A DNA stretch of 64,000 bases, filler included, from Stramenopiles sp. TOSAG23-6 (Eukaryota), in assembly GCA_900128565.1 (NCBI GenBank). It is 40 parts of 40 records of this genome, joined end to end, with 100 filler letters (N's around TTAATTAATTAA, not from the genome) between each part and the next. Parts side by side here need not be neighbours in the genome. Positions count along the whole stretch, not along the records: positions 51,430 to 52,923 come from LT638967.1; positions 53,024 to 54,517 come from LT638968.1; positions 54,618 to 56,111 come from LT638969.1; positions 56,212 to 57,704 come from LT638970.1; positions 57,805 to 59,296 come from LT638971.1; positions 59,397 to 60,888 come from LT638972.1; positions 60,989 to 62,480 come from LT638973.1; positions 62,581 to 64,000 come from LT639071.1; 32 more parts are not named here. The stretch is one strand, 5' to 3'. The notes beneath the pieces are model-generated. The model was given only the letters and a program-made list of their open reading frames with translations, had not been told where the DNA came from and did not search any database. Of the stretch, positions 51,430-64,000 are shown piece by piece; the stretch's first letter is position 1, and every line of letters starts with the position of its first letter. A program made the translations under genes and the position numbers.

Positions 51430-52824
51430 TTTCTTGTTTTCAAAAATACCACATCTATAAAACAATCGACCTCTATTAATATCTTTTTTTTTCGACAAAG
51501 GTTTAACTAAAACTCGAGCAGCATATCCACACCAACATTTCGGTGCATTCTTTTCTGCTTCAGCGATTTCTACTTCCGTATTATTTTTTTTCAATGTAAG
51601 AATATGTTTTTGAATTGGAGATTTTGAACGATTTCTGCATTTCTTTTTCATAGTTGTAGAGTTTCTTGTTTCGATATTTCTTTTTAAAAGATTATTATTA
51701 TGAGTCGTTGTCACTTTGGGAGATAAAGTCTTTACATAAAATGGAACAAAAGATAAACTTATTAATAAAAAGCCTGGTAAATATGATAGTGATGACCAAT
51801 GTCGAAGCAAAATGAAATACAGTGATATTATCATTACAACACATAATAACACTATCATTGATGTGAACATATTATTCGTTACTACTATAACATATGGTTC
51901 TAACGGCTGCCATATCGGGAAACGTTTCACCATATAAGTACCTTCTAAGGTATAACCACGCTTACGATAATATTCTCGGGTACCGACACCAGCAATTACA
52001 GAAATTCCTTTGAATCCAGCTGCAATGGCTTCTTTTTCGGCAGCCCGCATTAACCGTTTTCCAAATCCGGAATGTTGGGTCTCCAAATTACTATTCTTTT
52101 CTATTACTGAATTACTAACATTACGGGTTTTACTACCTTTCTTTCTCACTTCGCGAACTTGACCGTACATGTACAAGGAAAAAATATGTCAAATTCGAAA
52201 ATTTGTTAGGTACAGAATTTGGTAAAAACAAATTGAAATTGAAATGAATGTTAAAAACATACACATGCAATTCACGAACAAGTGCTGTGTGTGCGATCTC
52301 TGGAAATACATGAGTAGAACCAAATGGTTGACTCTTACGCCATATTACATCATTGATTTTTCTATTTTCTGCAGCATCTTTTGCCTCTTTCAATCGAGGT
52401 TTTGAGTTCTGTTTAGCAGCTATTGATGGTCGTAATGAATTTTCCTCCCAATTTAATGGAATTCCGGCATTTTGGCTTAATCGAAGTCGAAGAAATCCAA
52501 ATATTACCTCATCATTAGGGGGACCTTTTGATTCATAGGAAAGGAATATTTCACGACCACCGGATGATTTATATTCCCGACGGACTAAAACCGCATGTAG
52601 TTTGGAAAAATATTTCAAAAAAAAATACTTAGGTACAAAATTTCGTACGAAAAAAAAATCGAATTAAAAAAAATAAAACATACATTATCCACTGACCATT
52701 CAGGTTTTTCATTGTTACGATTTCTAATTTCACGACATCGAATACAACGACAACGTTCTCCCCGTCTTATTAGTTCCTTTTGTATAGTTTGTCGAAGATT
52801 TGTGGTTGAATTCCCACCCATGAT
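51430..52824 (-). CDS. ELP3: Identical Elp3-like contig (copy 2)
   Basis: Same sequence and ends, offset by 1594. Confidence 0.85.
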
Positions 52825-53023
52825 ATGCATTGTGAAAAAGTATTTCAAAAAAAATAAATTGTTAGGTACAAAATTTCGTACGAAAAAAAATAAATTCGAA
52901 ATTGAAAAAAAAATAAAACATACNNNNNNNNNNNNNNNNNNNNNNNNNNNNNNNNNNNNNNNNNNNNTTAATTAATTAANNNNNNNNNNNNNNNNNNNNN
53001 NNNNNNNNNNNNNNNNNNNNNNN

Positions 53024-54418
53024 TTTCTTGTTTTCAAAAATACCACATCTATAAAACAATCGACCTCTATTAATATCTTTTTTTTTCGACAAAGGTTTAA
53101 CTAAAACTCGAGCAGCATATCCACACCAACATTTCGGTGCATTCTTTTCTGCTTCAGCGATTTCTACTTCCGTATTATTTTTTTTCAATGTAAGAATATG
53201 TTTTTGAATTGGAGATTTTGAACGATTTCTGCATTTCTTTTTCATAGTTGTAGAGTTTCTTGTTTCGATATTTCTTTTTAAAAGATTATTATTATGAGTC
53301 GTTGTCACTTTGGGAGATAAAGTCTTTACATAAAATGGAACAAAAGATAAACTTATTAATAAAAAGCCTGGTAAATATGATAGTGATGACCAATGTCGAA
53401 GCAAAATGAAATACAGTGATATTATCATTACAACACATAATAACACTATCATTGATGTGAACATATTATTCGTTACTACTATAACATATGGTTCTAACGG
53501 CTGCCATATCGGGAAACGTTTCACCATATAAGTACCTTCTAAGGTATAACCACGCTTACGATAATATTCTCGGGTACCGACACCAGCAATTACAGAAATT
53601 CCTTTGAATCCAGCTGCAATGGCTTCTTTTTCGGCAGCCCGCATTAACCGTTTTCCAAATCCGGAATGTTGGGTCTCCAAATTACTATTCTTTTCTATTA
53701 CTGAATTACTAACATTACGGGTTTTACTACCTTTCTTTCTCACTTCGCGAACTTGACCGTACATGTACAAGGAAAAAATATGTCAAATTCGAAAATTTGT
53801 TAGGTACAGAATTTGGTAAAAACAAATTGAAATTGAAATGAATGTTAAAAACATACACATGCAATTCACGAACAAGTGCTGTGTGTGCGATCTCTGGAAA
53901 TACATGAGTAGAACCAAATGGTTGACTCTTACGCCATATTACATCATTGATTTTTCTATTTTCTGCAGCATCTTTTGCCTCTTTCAATCGAGGTTTTGAG
54001 TTCTGTTTAGCAGCTATTGATGGTCGTAATGAATTTTCCTCCCAATTTAATGGAATTCCGGCATTTTGGCTTAATCGAAGTCGAAGAAATCCAAATATTA
54101 CCTCATCATTAGGGGGACCTTTTGATTCATAGGAAAGGAATATTTCACGACCACCGGATGATTTATATTCCCGACGGACTAAAACCGCATGTAGTTTGGA
54201 AAAATATTTCAAAAAAAAATACTTAGGTACAAAATTTCGTACGAAAAAAAAATCGAATTAAAAAAAATAAAACATACATTATCCACTGACCATTCAGGTT
54301 TTTCATTGTTACGATTTCTAATTTCACGACATCGAATACAACGACAACGTTCTCCCCGTCTTATTAGTTCCTTTTGTATAGTTTGTCGAAGATTTGTGGT
54401 TGAATTCCCACCCATGAT
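53024..54418 (-). CDS. ELP3: Identical Elp3-like contig (copy 3)
   Basis: Same sequence and ends, offset by 3188. Confidence 0.85.
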
Positions 54419-54670
54419 ATGCATTGTGAAAAAGTATTTCAAAAAAAATAAATTGTTAGGTACAAAATTTCGTACGAAAAAAAATAAATTCGAAATTGAA
54501 AAAAAAATAAAACATACNNNNNNNNNNNNNNNNNNNNNNNNNNNNNNNNNNNNNNNNNNNNTTAATTAATTAANNNNNNNNNNNNNNNNNNNNNNNNNNN
54601 NNNNNNNNNNNNNNNNNACAAAATTTCGTACGAAAAATAAATTCGAAATTGAAAAAAAAATAAAACATGC

Positions 54671-56056
54671 ATGCTACTGTTACAGGTAATTTAAATGGTA
54701 TTGACCGAGGTATCTCATTGATTGACCTAGTATTCCATATTTTTGCTTCAGCTCTATTTGTATGTTTCACAAAATTATCATTATTCATACTTGGATGAAA
54801 TATTTCAATTTCTTTATTTTTTGCATTTTTTGCATTTTGGTCCAAAGATTCATCTGAATGAACAATACGATAATAAGTCCCTTCTCGGTGTAATGGAAGC
54901 AATTTCAGATATGTACAATTACCTTTCAATTGAATAAACAAACCTGCCTTTGATAAATCGTTGTTGAGGTCTATTTTTTGCTTTTGACGTCTTTGTTTTA
55001 CTTTTGTATCAAATTCTGTCCTAAACGAAATCATTTCATTTGGAGCTATTGTTACTGGGGTATTATCTTCTTCATTTGATCCTGGTAATTTTACAAGAAT
55101 TGGCCAACCTGTACGATTCGTTAATTCATATTGAGTGTAATTATTTTTTAAGATACCTGTGAATAATCGCCGTCTATTTTTTGATGACACAGAGAGTGGT
55201 TCTAGACTAGCGTTATTAGGGTTATTAGGGTTAGGGTTATGTGTACTATTTATCCATTCTTTACAATGGTGAATAGAACGATTGAGAAATTTATGGGTAA
55301 TTGTAATATTAAGCTTATTTTCCGCTGTAATCATTGCAGATGTTGCTGGTGAAATATTTGAACCAAATCGAGCAGTTACATTTATTGTGAAGAAATATTT
55401 TTTTGTTTTTTTTGTTTTTTTTGTTAGTGTTGTACAAAAAAATAAAATAATTTTCGAGATTAGGTACAAAATATACTAGAAAAAAAAAATTTTGAATTTT
55501 TTTTTTTTTAAATTCGATGTAGGGTTAGGGTTAGTTGTACCATACATTTGCATTCCAAGGTTCAATAATCGGTTCCCAAACAGGATGTACATAACTTTCA
55601 ATTTCTACCTTTACATGAAGATCAAAATTTATTGTTTCATGCTTTTTACATATACTAGCTTTAATTTGCTTTAGCTCTGCATGTAAAAATGGAAGTTCAA
55701 CTTTATTCAATCCTGCTTTAGAAGATCCTTGTAACAAAATACTAATACTTGGCATGATTACATCAACTGAATATTCATTTTTAACTGTTTCATTTCTTTT
55801 AGATTTTGTTTCATTTTCAAATCCTTCTCCAAATTTTTTTTTTTCAATTTTTTTTTTTTTTTTGAAAAATGAAAATACATTATTTAATGCTTTTCTAGTA
55901 TTGTCAAAATCTTCGCGAGAGAATGCTAGAGATACACGATCAAATTGTAGACGAATAATTGTTTTGATTTGAGATTGAATCAAGAACCATGTATATGTAG
56001 TATAAAAATTCAAAGGGCGGCAAATAACTACACCAGTATTACTATAAGAAAGATCC
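54671..56056 (-). CDS. VPS13: VPS13 family protein, internal exons
   Basis: VWEPIIEPW, LNITIT and YELTNRTGWPI. GT-AT intron 55380-55545. Confidence 0.8.
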
Positions 56057-56242
56057 ATGTATTTTGGAANAATATTTCAAAATTTTCTAAAAAAAAAANT
56101 TTGTTANGTACNNNNNNNNNNNNNNNNNNNNNNNNNNNNNNNNNNNNNNNNNNNNTTAATTAATTAANNNNNNNNNNNNNNNNNNNNNNNNNNNNNNNNN
56201 NNNNNNNNNNNGTACAAAATTTCGTACGAAATATAAATAAAT

Positions 56243-57547
56243 TTAAAATTGATCCTGAAAACATACCGCGGAATGCCCAGAGCGAGGATCTGGTGAAGGA
56301 ATAGATTTTAAATCTTTTGAAGGTTGATGCAATTGAATAACGTTTGGTGAGTATTTCCTATTCAATACTTTTTGGTATCCTGTGCCATTGGCATCTAGAT
56401 CTATAGATTGTCGTTTTTCAATTAAATTTGTTTCCTTCGATTTTTTTTTATCAAACAATGGAGAACATAAAATGGTGACGTCATTATTATCTCCACGAGA
56501 AGATACTCCACCAAATAGTACAGCTACGGTTTTTGTAAGAGATGTAAGAGAATGCCATTGAAGTCCAGATAAAATAGAGTGCTCTTGAGTAACAGAAAAT
56601 GTACTCCAATTCCCAGTAACTGTATGAAATAATTTATTACGATTTGGAATTTCTAAGTTCAATTTCATAATTTTTAATGTTGACGGAGAGCGACCCAAAG
56701 ACCGACCACCAAACATTAAAAATTGCTCTTGTGGTTTTTCTGGTTTAACAAAGTCACATGAGAAATTGACCATTCTCATACCGGTTGCAGCATCAGGTAG
56801 TGGGTTACCTTTAATATTATGTTTTGCCCATTTGAGAATGTTACAATGCTTTAGAAGTAAATTTCTCACTTGCATTAACTCAATGCTTTCAGGAAGTTCT
56901 TTGAAAAGATTTTTGTATTGTAATTGAACAGATTTTTCGTACTTTGCTTTCTCTCTCAACATGTTGAACCATTTTTTATACACATTTTTGTGTATAGACC
57001 TNAGCAATACTGTTAAGCTTTCCCTGGTTGTTTTAGCTGTTGGATGTAAGTTAAGGGCTGTAATGAAGTCGTCAACTGCTTTGTCATTTTGTTTTAAACT
57101 CTTGTGACCCAGTGCTCGACGAGCATAGCATTTGCTCTTCAGTAATTTCGATGTCGAAATATTAGGGTAGCTGAATATAGAAATAGCCAAAGTACAATCT
57201 GCGATCGCATCTTCAAATCGTTCTTGTTTTAGTCTCACAGCAGCCCGGTTTATATAGAGGGCTGGGACTTGCCTATTATAAGTCAATGCCTCTGAATAGT
57301 ATTTCGCAGCTAAATCCCAGGAATGATTTGAAAATGCATTATTTCCAAGCTGTTTTGCAGTTTCTGCTTTCTCGCACTGCTCCGGTGTTGCTGGTGGATA
57401 TTTGTTTTGTTTTTCGATGCTAGATACACCAGTATATCCTGCTGTTTGAAGTAAGGACTGAACTTCTTTTGGGGTCATCTTTCCAAGCATTTCAGCAGTG
57501 GTTGACGGTGATGGTAACATTACCTTTACACTGTTCAAAAATCTCAC
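56243..57547 (-). CDS. TPR + Kelch-like repeat protein, partial
   Basis: KQLGNNAF...YYSEAL...YINRAAVRLK...AIADC (TPR). LMFGG, HSLT...VLFGG and PRSGHSAV (Kelch). Confidence 0.85.
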   Translation of the reverse strand: MRFLNSVKVMLPSPSTTAEMLGKMTPKEVQSLLQTAGYTGVSSIEKQNKYPPATPEQCEKAETAKQLGNNAFSNHSWDLAAKYYSEALTYNRQVPALYINRAAVRLKQERFEDAIADCTLAISIFSYPNISTSKLLKSKCYARRALGHKSLKQNDKAVDDFITALNLHPTAKTTRESLTVLXRSIHKNVYKKWFNMLREKAKYEKSVQLQYKNLFKELPESIELMQVRNLLLKHCNILKWAKHNIKGNPLPDAATGMRMVNFSCDFVKPEKPQEQFLMFGGRSLGRSPSTLKIMKLNLEIPNRNKLFHTVTGNWSTFSVTQEHSILSGLQWHSLTSLTKTVAVLFGGVSSRGDNNDVTILCSPLFDKKKSKETNLIEKRQSIDLDANGTGYQKVLNRKYSPNVIQLHQPSKDLKSIPSPDPRSGHSAVCFQDQF

Positions 57548-57837
57548 GTTTTCTGTCTGGTATTGCCTATAGGTAATTTAAATTAAGATTCATCTCTTTT
57601 ATGAATTTATTTAGGAGGCATGTCGAGTAGCTATTAAGATGAGCAACTAACTTGCTCGAGAAAAAAATATATTTGAATTTAAATTTCAAATTGAATGCCA
57701 TTTTNNNNNNNNNNNNNNNNNNNNNNNNNNNNNNNNNNNNNNNNNNNNTTAATTAATTAANNNNNNNNNNNNNNNNNNNNNNNNNNNNNNNNNNNNNNNN
57801 NNNNTTCTTGAGTGTGCTAACGCTACATCATCTAAAG

Positions 57838-58311
57838 TTAATACTCTACCATCATGATATTATTATTATGATCTATTTTTATATTATTATCTATTTTTAT
57901 GTTTTCATTATTTTTCATATTAATAGGTACATTACTTAAATCAATGGCAATAAGAGGATATTTGTCTTTATTTTTTCTATTCATATTTATTCTATCTAAA
58001 GTTCCTTCCATCACTTTTTTAGCTGTCTTTTTATGAAATAATGATAATGTAAGTTTACATATAAAACAATCATTTAAAAGTTCATAAAGTGAATTTTGAA
58101 ATATACTTTCCAATGTCAATGAAGATAAATTTTGAATTTTGAGTTGAATAATAGGTTCAGTTGATTTTAAAATTGTATGTAAGGAATGATTTATATCTTT
58201 ATCTAAATTAATATTTTCATTATTATTTTGAGTCTTCATTGATGAGTTTTTACAAATAGATGACGGAGCAATGATCCAAGAAAAACTATTCTCTTGAAAA
58301 CTTTGATACAT
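57838..58311 (-). CDS. Hypothetical protein on the circular-mapping contig
   Basis: 157-aa ORF. Confidence 0.45.
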   Translation of the reverse strand: MYQSFQENSFSWIIAPSSICKNSSMKTQNNNENINLDKDINHSLHTILKSTEPIIQLKIQNLSSLTLESIFQNSLYELLNDCFICKLTLSLFHKKTAKKVMEGTLDRINMNRKNKDKYPLIAIDLSNVPINMKNNENIKIDNNIKIDHNNNIMMVEY

Positions 58312-58394
58312 TGGTTCATACTTAAAATGATTTAAATATTTTTTTTATAGTTAAATATTAATCAATAATTATTTTGATGATTAGTCACCACCTG

Positions 58395-58964
58395 TTACAG
58401 TGTAGTCACAGGATTAGTCGCCACCTGTGTTCCGGATACTACGGGTGTCGATTGTACTGCATTTGCAGATTGTACAAGAGGATTTGTATGGTTTCCTTCC
58501 ACAACAATTTTTATCCTTGATCTTTTCCACCTAAACGAAAACCCAAAATTATATACTTCTGGAAAAATTCGAATATGGTAAGATCTCAGCTGTAAATTTA
58601 TGGTGTTACAATACTCTACTGTATCTTGTTTAAATTTATTCCTACGTGAACTCATCCAACAAGATAACAATATTATTCCCACAATAAATATTCCTCCTAT
58701 GCCAATCATAACTATTTTACCATGTTTATGTGAAAAGTGAGTCTTTGCGAATACAGCCGCGGCAATTATTGATAAAATACCCAAAATTCCACAAAACATA
58801 GCACAAAATCCCCCCTTTTTAACTGGCTCATACAATTCATTTATTCGATCAAAAATGTTCAAAATTTCTTTATGTGGTACGTTGTTAAATACTGGATGTC
58901 TTAAATTAGGAGAATATGTATCACCACAGCCATATGGCCAACATTCATATCTTGTCGGCATCAT
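58395..58964 (-). CDS. Two-TM membrane protein on the circular-mapping contig
   Basis: 189-aa intronless ORF with two hydrophobic helices. Confidence 0.7.
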   Translation of the reverse strand: MMPTRYECWPYGCGDTYSPNLRHPVFNNVPHKEILNIFDRINELYEPVKKGGFCAMFCGILGILSIIAAAVFAKTHFSHKHGKIVMIGIGGIFIVGIILLSCWMSSRRNKFKQDTVEYCNTINLQLRSYHIRIFPEVYNFGFSFRWKRSRIKIVVEGNHTNPLVQSANAVQSTPVVSGTQVATNPVTTL

Positions 58965-59396
58965 ATTTTATAATTTTTAACAGTAAAACTGGACTTTCGT
59001 ACGTGATTGACAAAAGTACAAATATATGTAACAGTAACAGTACACGTACGTAGAGACAGAATATGGCAAATTGCAAAATACAACGGTCGGTATTATTTTG
59101 TAATACTTAAGACAGGTTTGCGCAAGAAGTAAGCGATTAGAGTAGTCTATTGAATTTGTTAATTAGAAATTTTGTTATTTATTTTATTACTTTTATTTTA
59201 TATTTTCAAAACAATCTTGCCAATATGCTTACTTGATTCCATTCTTGAGTGTGCTAACGCTACATCATCTAAAGTTAATACTCTACCATCATGATANNNN
59301 NNNNNNNNNNNNNNNNNNNNNNNNNNNNNNNNNNNNNNNNTTAATTAATTAANNNNNNNNNNNNNNNNNNNNNNNNNNNNNNNNNNNNNNNNNNNN

Positions 59397-60888
59397 TATC
59401 ATGATGGTAGAGTATTAACTTTAGATGATGTAGCGTTAGCACACTCAAGAATGGAATCAAGTAAGCATATTGGCAAGATTGTTTTGAAAATATAAAATAA
59501 AAGTAATAAAATAAATAACAAAATTTCTAATTAACAAATTCAATAGACTACTCTAATCGCTTACTTCTTGCGCAAACCTGTCTTAAGTATTACAAAATAA
59601 TACCGACCGTTGTATTTTGCAATTTGCCATATTCTGTCTCTACGTACGTGTACTGTTACTGTTACATATATTTGTACTTTTGTCAATCACGTACGAAAGT
59701 CCAGTTTTACTGTTAAAAATTATAAAATATGATGCCGACAAGATATGAATGTTGGCCATATGGCTGTGGTGATACATATTCTCCTAATTTAAGACATCCA
59801 GTATTTAACAACGTACCACATAAAGAAATTTTGAACATTTTTGATCGAATAAATGAATTGTATGAGCCAGTTAAAAAGGGGGGATTTTGTGCTATGTTTT
59901 GTGGAATTTTGGGTATTTTATCAATAATTGCCGCGGCTGTATTCGCAAAGACTCACTTTTCACATAAACATGGTAAAATAGTTATGATTGGCATAGGAGG
60001 AATATTTATTGTGGGAATAATATTGTTATCTTGTTGGATGAGTTCACGTAGGAATAAATTTAAACAAGATACAGTAGAGTATTGTAACACCATAAATTTA
60101 CAGCTGAGATCTTACCATATTCGAATTTTTCCAGAAGTATATAATTTTGGGTTTTCGTTTAGGTGGAAAAGATCAAGGATAAAAATTGTTGTGGAAGGAA
60201 ACCATACAAATCCTCTTGTACAATCTGCAAATGCAGTACAATCGACACCCGTAGTATCCGGAACACAGGTGGCGACTAATCCTGTGACTACACTGTAACA
60301 GGTGGTGACTAATCATCAAAATAATTATTGATTAATATTTAACTATAAAAAAAATATTTAAATCATTTTAAGTATGAACCAATGTATCAAAGTTTTCAAG
60401 AGAATAGTTTTTCTTGGATCATTGCTCCGTCATCTATTTGTAAAAACTCATCAATGAAGACTCAAAATAATAATGAAAATATTAATTTAGATAAAGATAT
60501 AAATCATTCCTTACATACAATTTTAAAATCAACTGAACCTATTATTCAACTCAAAATTCAAAATTTATCTTCATTGACATTGGAAAGTATATTTCAAAAT
60601 TCACTTTATGAACTTTTAAATGATTGTTTTATATGTAAACTTACATTATCATTATTTCATAAAAAGACAGCTAAAAAAGTGATGGAAGGAACTTTAGATA
60701 GAATAAATATGAATAGAAAAAATAAAGACAAATATCCTCTTATTGCCATTGATTTAAGTAATGTACCTATTAATATGAAAAATAATGAAAACATAAAAAT
60801 AGATAATAATATAAAAATAGATCATAATAATAATATCATGATGGTAGAGTATTAACTTTAGATGATGTAGCGTTAGCACACTCAAGAA
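59397..60888 (+). repeat. Reverse-complement duplicate of contig 57805-59296 (ORFs 59729-60298 and 60382-60855)
   Basis: Identical proteins and identical ends. Confidence 0.9.
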
Positions 60889-60988
60889 NNNNNNNNNNNN
60901 NNNNNNNNNNNNNNNNNNNNNNNNNNNNNNNNTTAATTAATTAANNNNNNNNNNNNNNNNNNNNNNNNNNNNNNNNNNNNNNNNNNNN

Positions 60989-61387
60989 AAGGAACAACCA
61001 GATTCCCGTAAAAACAAAATCGAGTTCGGCAACACATCAAAGTGTCAGTTGTGTCATACAACGTTTCGTACATTTACAAGACAACATCACTGTAGAATGT
61101 GTGGGTTATCGGTGTGTTCTAAATGTGCAGTACATGATACATCTTATATACCAGAAGAAGTTAAAACATTATTTGAGGGCTATGAAAAAGAAAAACAAAA
61201 ATTTTGGAAGTATGTGAGAGAGCAAGAATTTCAGCTTAGCGATGGTGGTATTGTCAACATATATACCGAAATTTCTTATGGTGGATGGAGTGGGCTTAAA
61301 CCTTGGATTTGTCGTAAAGGGAGTGAATCGCGTAAATCATGCCTCGAATTTCTTTGGGAAGAGTTTTTAAAAAACAAAAAGAAGTAA
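60989..61387 (+). CDS. FYVE-domain protein, partial
   Basis: CQLCHTTFRTFTRQHHCRMCGLSVCSKC. Confidence 0.85.
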   Translation, partial: KEQPDSRKNKIEFGNTSKCQLCHTTFRTFTRQHHCRMCGLSVCSKCAVHDTSYIPEEVKTLFEGYEKEKQKFWKYVREQEFQLSDGGIVNIYTEISYGGWSGLKPWICRKGSESRKSCLEFLWEEFLKNKKK

Positions 61388-61959
61388 ACCATGTTCCAGG
61401 CAGTATTATTGATTCCATGATGGGTAACATGGGATTTTTATTTTTTAAATTAATTCTTATTATATTATATAAAGACCACCCTGGTATATTATATACTACA
61501 ATTACTACTAGAATTGGAAGGTTTTTTATTTTTCAATGCGATGAATTTCAAACTTTTTTTTTTGGTACGAAATTTTGTACTTAAACAAAGAAACATTTTT
61601 TATGTGAATTGGTGAAATCTTAGTCTTTCGATCCCCGCCCCCAAGTTCACGAGAATTCACTTTGTTTGATAGACTAGATTATTCAATGAAATTTCCTTTA
61701 AAAATTTTTTAAAAATTTAGAATTTACATAATTCATTTTCAAGAATAGCGACCAAGAAAAAATAATATTTTCCCCCCGGATTTCGTGATAACGCGATATC
61801 GATATATACGGAGTCAGCGCTGTTTTGCTTTTGCTGATTCAATACTCTTCTTTTCTCAACGATTGACACAAAACAGTTGAATATTATACGACCAATGTTG
61901 ATGATACTAAATCGTTTTCCTTAATCTTTGTTGAAATTTGTTTAGAATCTATCGACAAA

Positions 61960-62480
61960 ATGCCAAAACAAAAGAACCACACTTTCCAGGGTCTCACACT
62001 AAAAGGCAAAAAGAAGGGCAAACGAGCTCAAAAGATGCCATTGTGTTCATATGGTGCTGGTTGTCGTCGCAAGGGTTGTATGTATCGGCATCCTCCAAAG
62101 TTGAAGAGTGGTGAGGTAGCACCGACGAATACATCGGGTACTGTTTGCACTCATTTCCTCGCAGGTTATTGTGCATGGGGAAAGGGTTGTCGTAATATTC
62201 ATCCTTCTGAAAACGTTAGAGTCGTTCCAACACATCCTCCACAATACACTGATACTGGTAATTATTATGAAACTCCACAATATTTGGAAACATTTTCAAG
62301 AGTAGCTCCAGCAGGTTTTGGTGGTGTTGGGGCGGGTTATGGTCATGTACAAGTTATTCATTCACCTGCAATACAAAACCAGCAGCAAATTCAGCAGCAG
62401 CAGCATCCCTTTTATTATCAAAATATGGTATCTACACAAAATGCTGGCAGAGGTCTGGGAAATATTTCATCTAATAATAT
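61960..62480 (+). CDS. Tandem CCCH zinc-finger protein, 5' part
   Basis: CSYGAGCRRKGCMYRH and CTHFLAGYCAWGKGCRNIH. Confidence 0.85.
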
Positions 62481-62603
62481 NNNNNNNNNNNNNNNNNNNN
62501 NNNNNNNNNNNNNNNNNNNNNNNNTTAATTAATTAANNNNNNNNNNNNNNNNNNNNNNNNNNNNNNNNNNNNNNNNNNNNAAAAAAAAAATAAAAAAACA
62601 TAC

Positions 62604-63532
62604 ATTACCATTTTCATGACCTTTTCTATTCACATTTTTCTCTTCCACTAGAAATAAAATAGAATGAGATGCACCTATAGCTCTTGCAACTGTTGATGCA
62701 GCGATACAAAATAAAGACTCAAATGGAGACATTTCACCCTATATTGTGAAAAAACACAAAATTGTACCAACAACAAAAACGTTAGGTACAAAATTTCGTA
62801 TAAAAAAAAAAAACACTCAAAATTATCTACGAAAAAAAAAAAATTGAAAAAAAAAAAAAAAAAAAAATCAAAAAAAAATTTTTTAGGTAAAAAACATGGA
62901 CTCGTTTTTTTGATATATTATCCCAATGTAAAGATTGTAGTTCTGTCGCTACTTGATGAACACCAATGGATAATCGATTCATTGCTACTTTATTACGTTC
63001 TTGTGTCCAAACAAATTCATGTATTGTGAAGAAATATTATTTTGTATTTTTTTATATATTTGTTAGGTACAAAATTTACTATGAAAAATTTTTTTTTCCG
63101 TAAAAAAAAAAATAAAAAAAAAAAAAATAAAAAAATAAAAAAAAAAAAACAGTGTTTACCATACATGCCATTGTTTCATCGCATCACCAACGGAACTAAT
63201 AATTCTTGCTTTATTTGAACGTTCAACAGAATATAACAAACGTTTAATTGCTTCATTTCGTAATTCTTCAATCATTAAAGCATCATTATAACGAGTCGAA
63301 TAGATTGTCCACGAGTTCCAACCGGAATACAGTAACTTATGTTGACATCTATTAATAATACGCAGAATGACTTGATCTCTTTTTTTCTGTATTGTATACA
63401 ATGAAATCCATGTATTTTGGAAAAATATTTTAAGAAAAAAAATATTCGAAATTTATTAGGTACAAAATTTACTATAAAAAAAAAATTAAAAAAAAAAAAA
63501 TTTCAAAATTTGTTAGGTACAAAATTTACTAT

Positions 63533-63571
<39 letters not shown>

Positions 63572-63923
63572 AACGTACATGATGTCCAACCTCGTAGAAT
63601 AAAATGATGTTGCCATTTTTGTACCATTCGTACAACTATATTTTTTTGTCGTTGAATTTTTTCAGCTTGTTCTTCTTTGACTCGAAGTAAGTAATACTTT
63701 TTTTCTAAATCCTTCTGTTTCCATGTTTGCAATCCTATATAAAGATGTTTATATAAAAACCGGTTCATGACTTTTTGCACAAGTTTTCTTCGATGTTGTG
63801 TAGATAATCTAAATTTGTTCCATATTGTAAATACTTTAAATATATCCCTTTTTCGCCAACGTTGCACAAATCGATGTATAATGATTTCTTGTTTATACAA
63901 TATTCTTGTAGTCGTAGCCCACG
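62604..63923 (-). CDS. Trp-periodic helical repeat protein (Sfi1-like), possibly followed by a GAF start
   Basis: Repeats FTIW, LQTW, GWTS|W and GWNSW. GT-AT introns 63410-63578 and 63019-63164 join in frame. Confidence 0.55.
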
Positions 63924-64000
63924 ATTTATTTTGGAAAAATATTTAAAAATTTTTTTTACCAAAAAAAAAAAAAAATTGTTAGATAAAAAATTTTTTTACC

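Noticed and set aside
49836-54517. Tandem triplication of Elp3
   Set aside because: Three separate contigs with identical sequence and identical ends, separated by artificial spacers, indicate redundant assembly.

Overview
This window is not one continuous locus. It is about 40 short (~1.49-1.52 kb) contigs, apparently sorted by decreasing length, joined by a 100-nt artificial spacer (N44-TTAATTAATTAA-N44). The DNA is very AT-rich and eukaryotic, with a standard genetic code and TTAGGG-type repeats. It is probably a single-cell or metagenome assembly of an unidentified protist (inference). Recognisable gene fragments include MRG15/Eaf3, site-1 protease, RBM19/MRD1, GCAT/kbl, an ABCC NBD2, DPAGT1/ALG7, Elp3 (three identical copies), VPS13, and GCN5-like, LPMO-like, CHAT, U-box, LRR, FYVE and CCCH proteins. 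The main observation is that most introns belong to one stereotyped ~90-170 nt family: 5' GTATGTTTT, palindrome TTTCGTACGAAA, branch-like TACCTAAC, AAATATTTTT, 3' (C/A/T)AT. Most end in AT rather than AG. Removing them as GT...AT restores conserved protein motifs at more than 20 junctions. This includes junctions where an AT-AC reading would need a TT or TG start, and one where a nearby AG is out of frame. The usual flanking AT duplication, short inverted termini and two units stacked with a zero-length exon suggest a transposon-derived (introner-like) origin and a spliceosome with relaxed 3' splice-site recognition. All splicing calls rest on reading-frame and motif restoration by eye; there are no RNA data.
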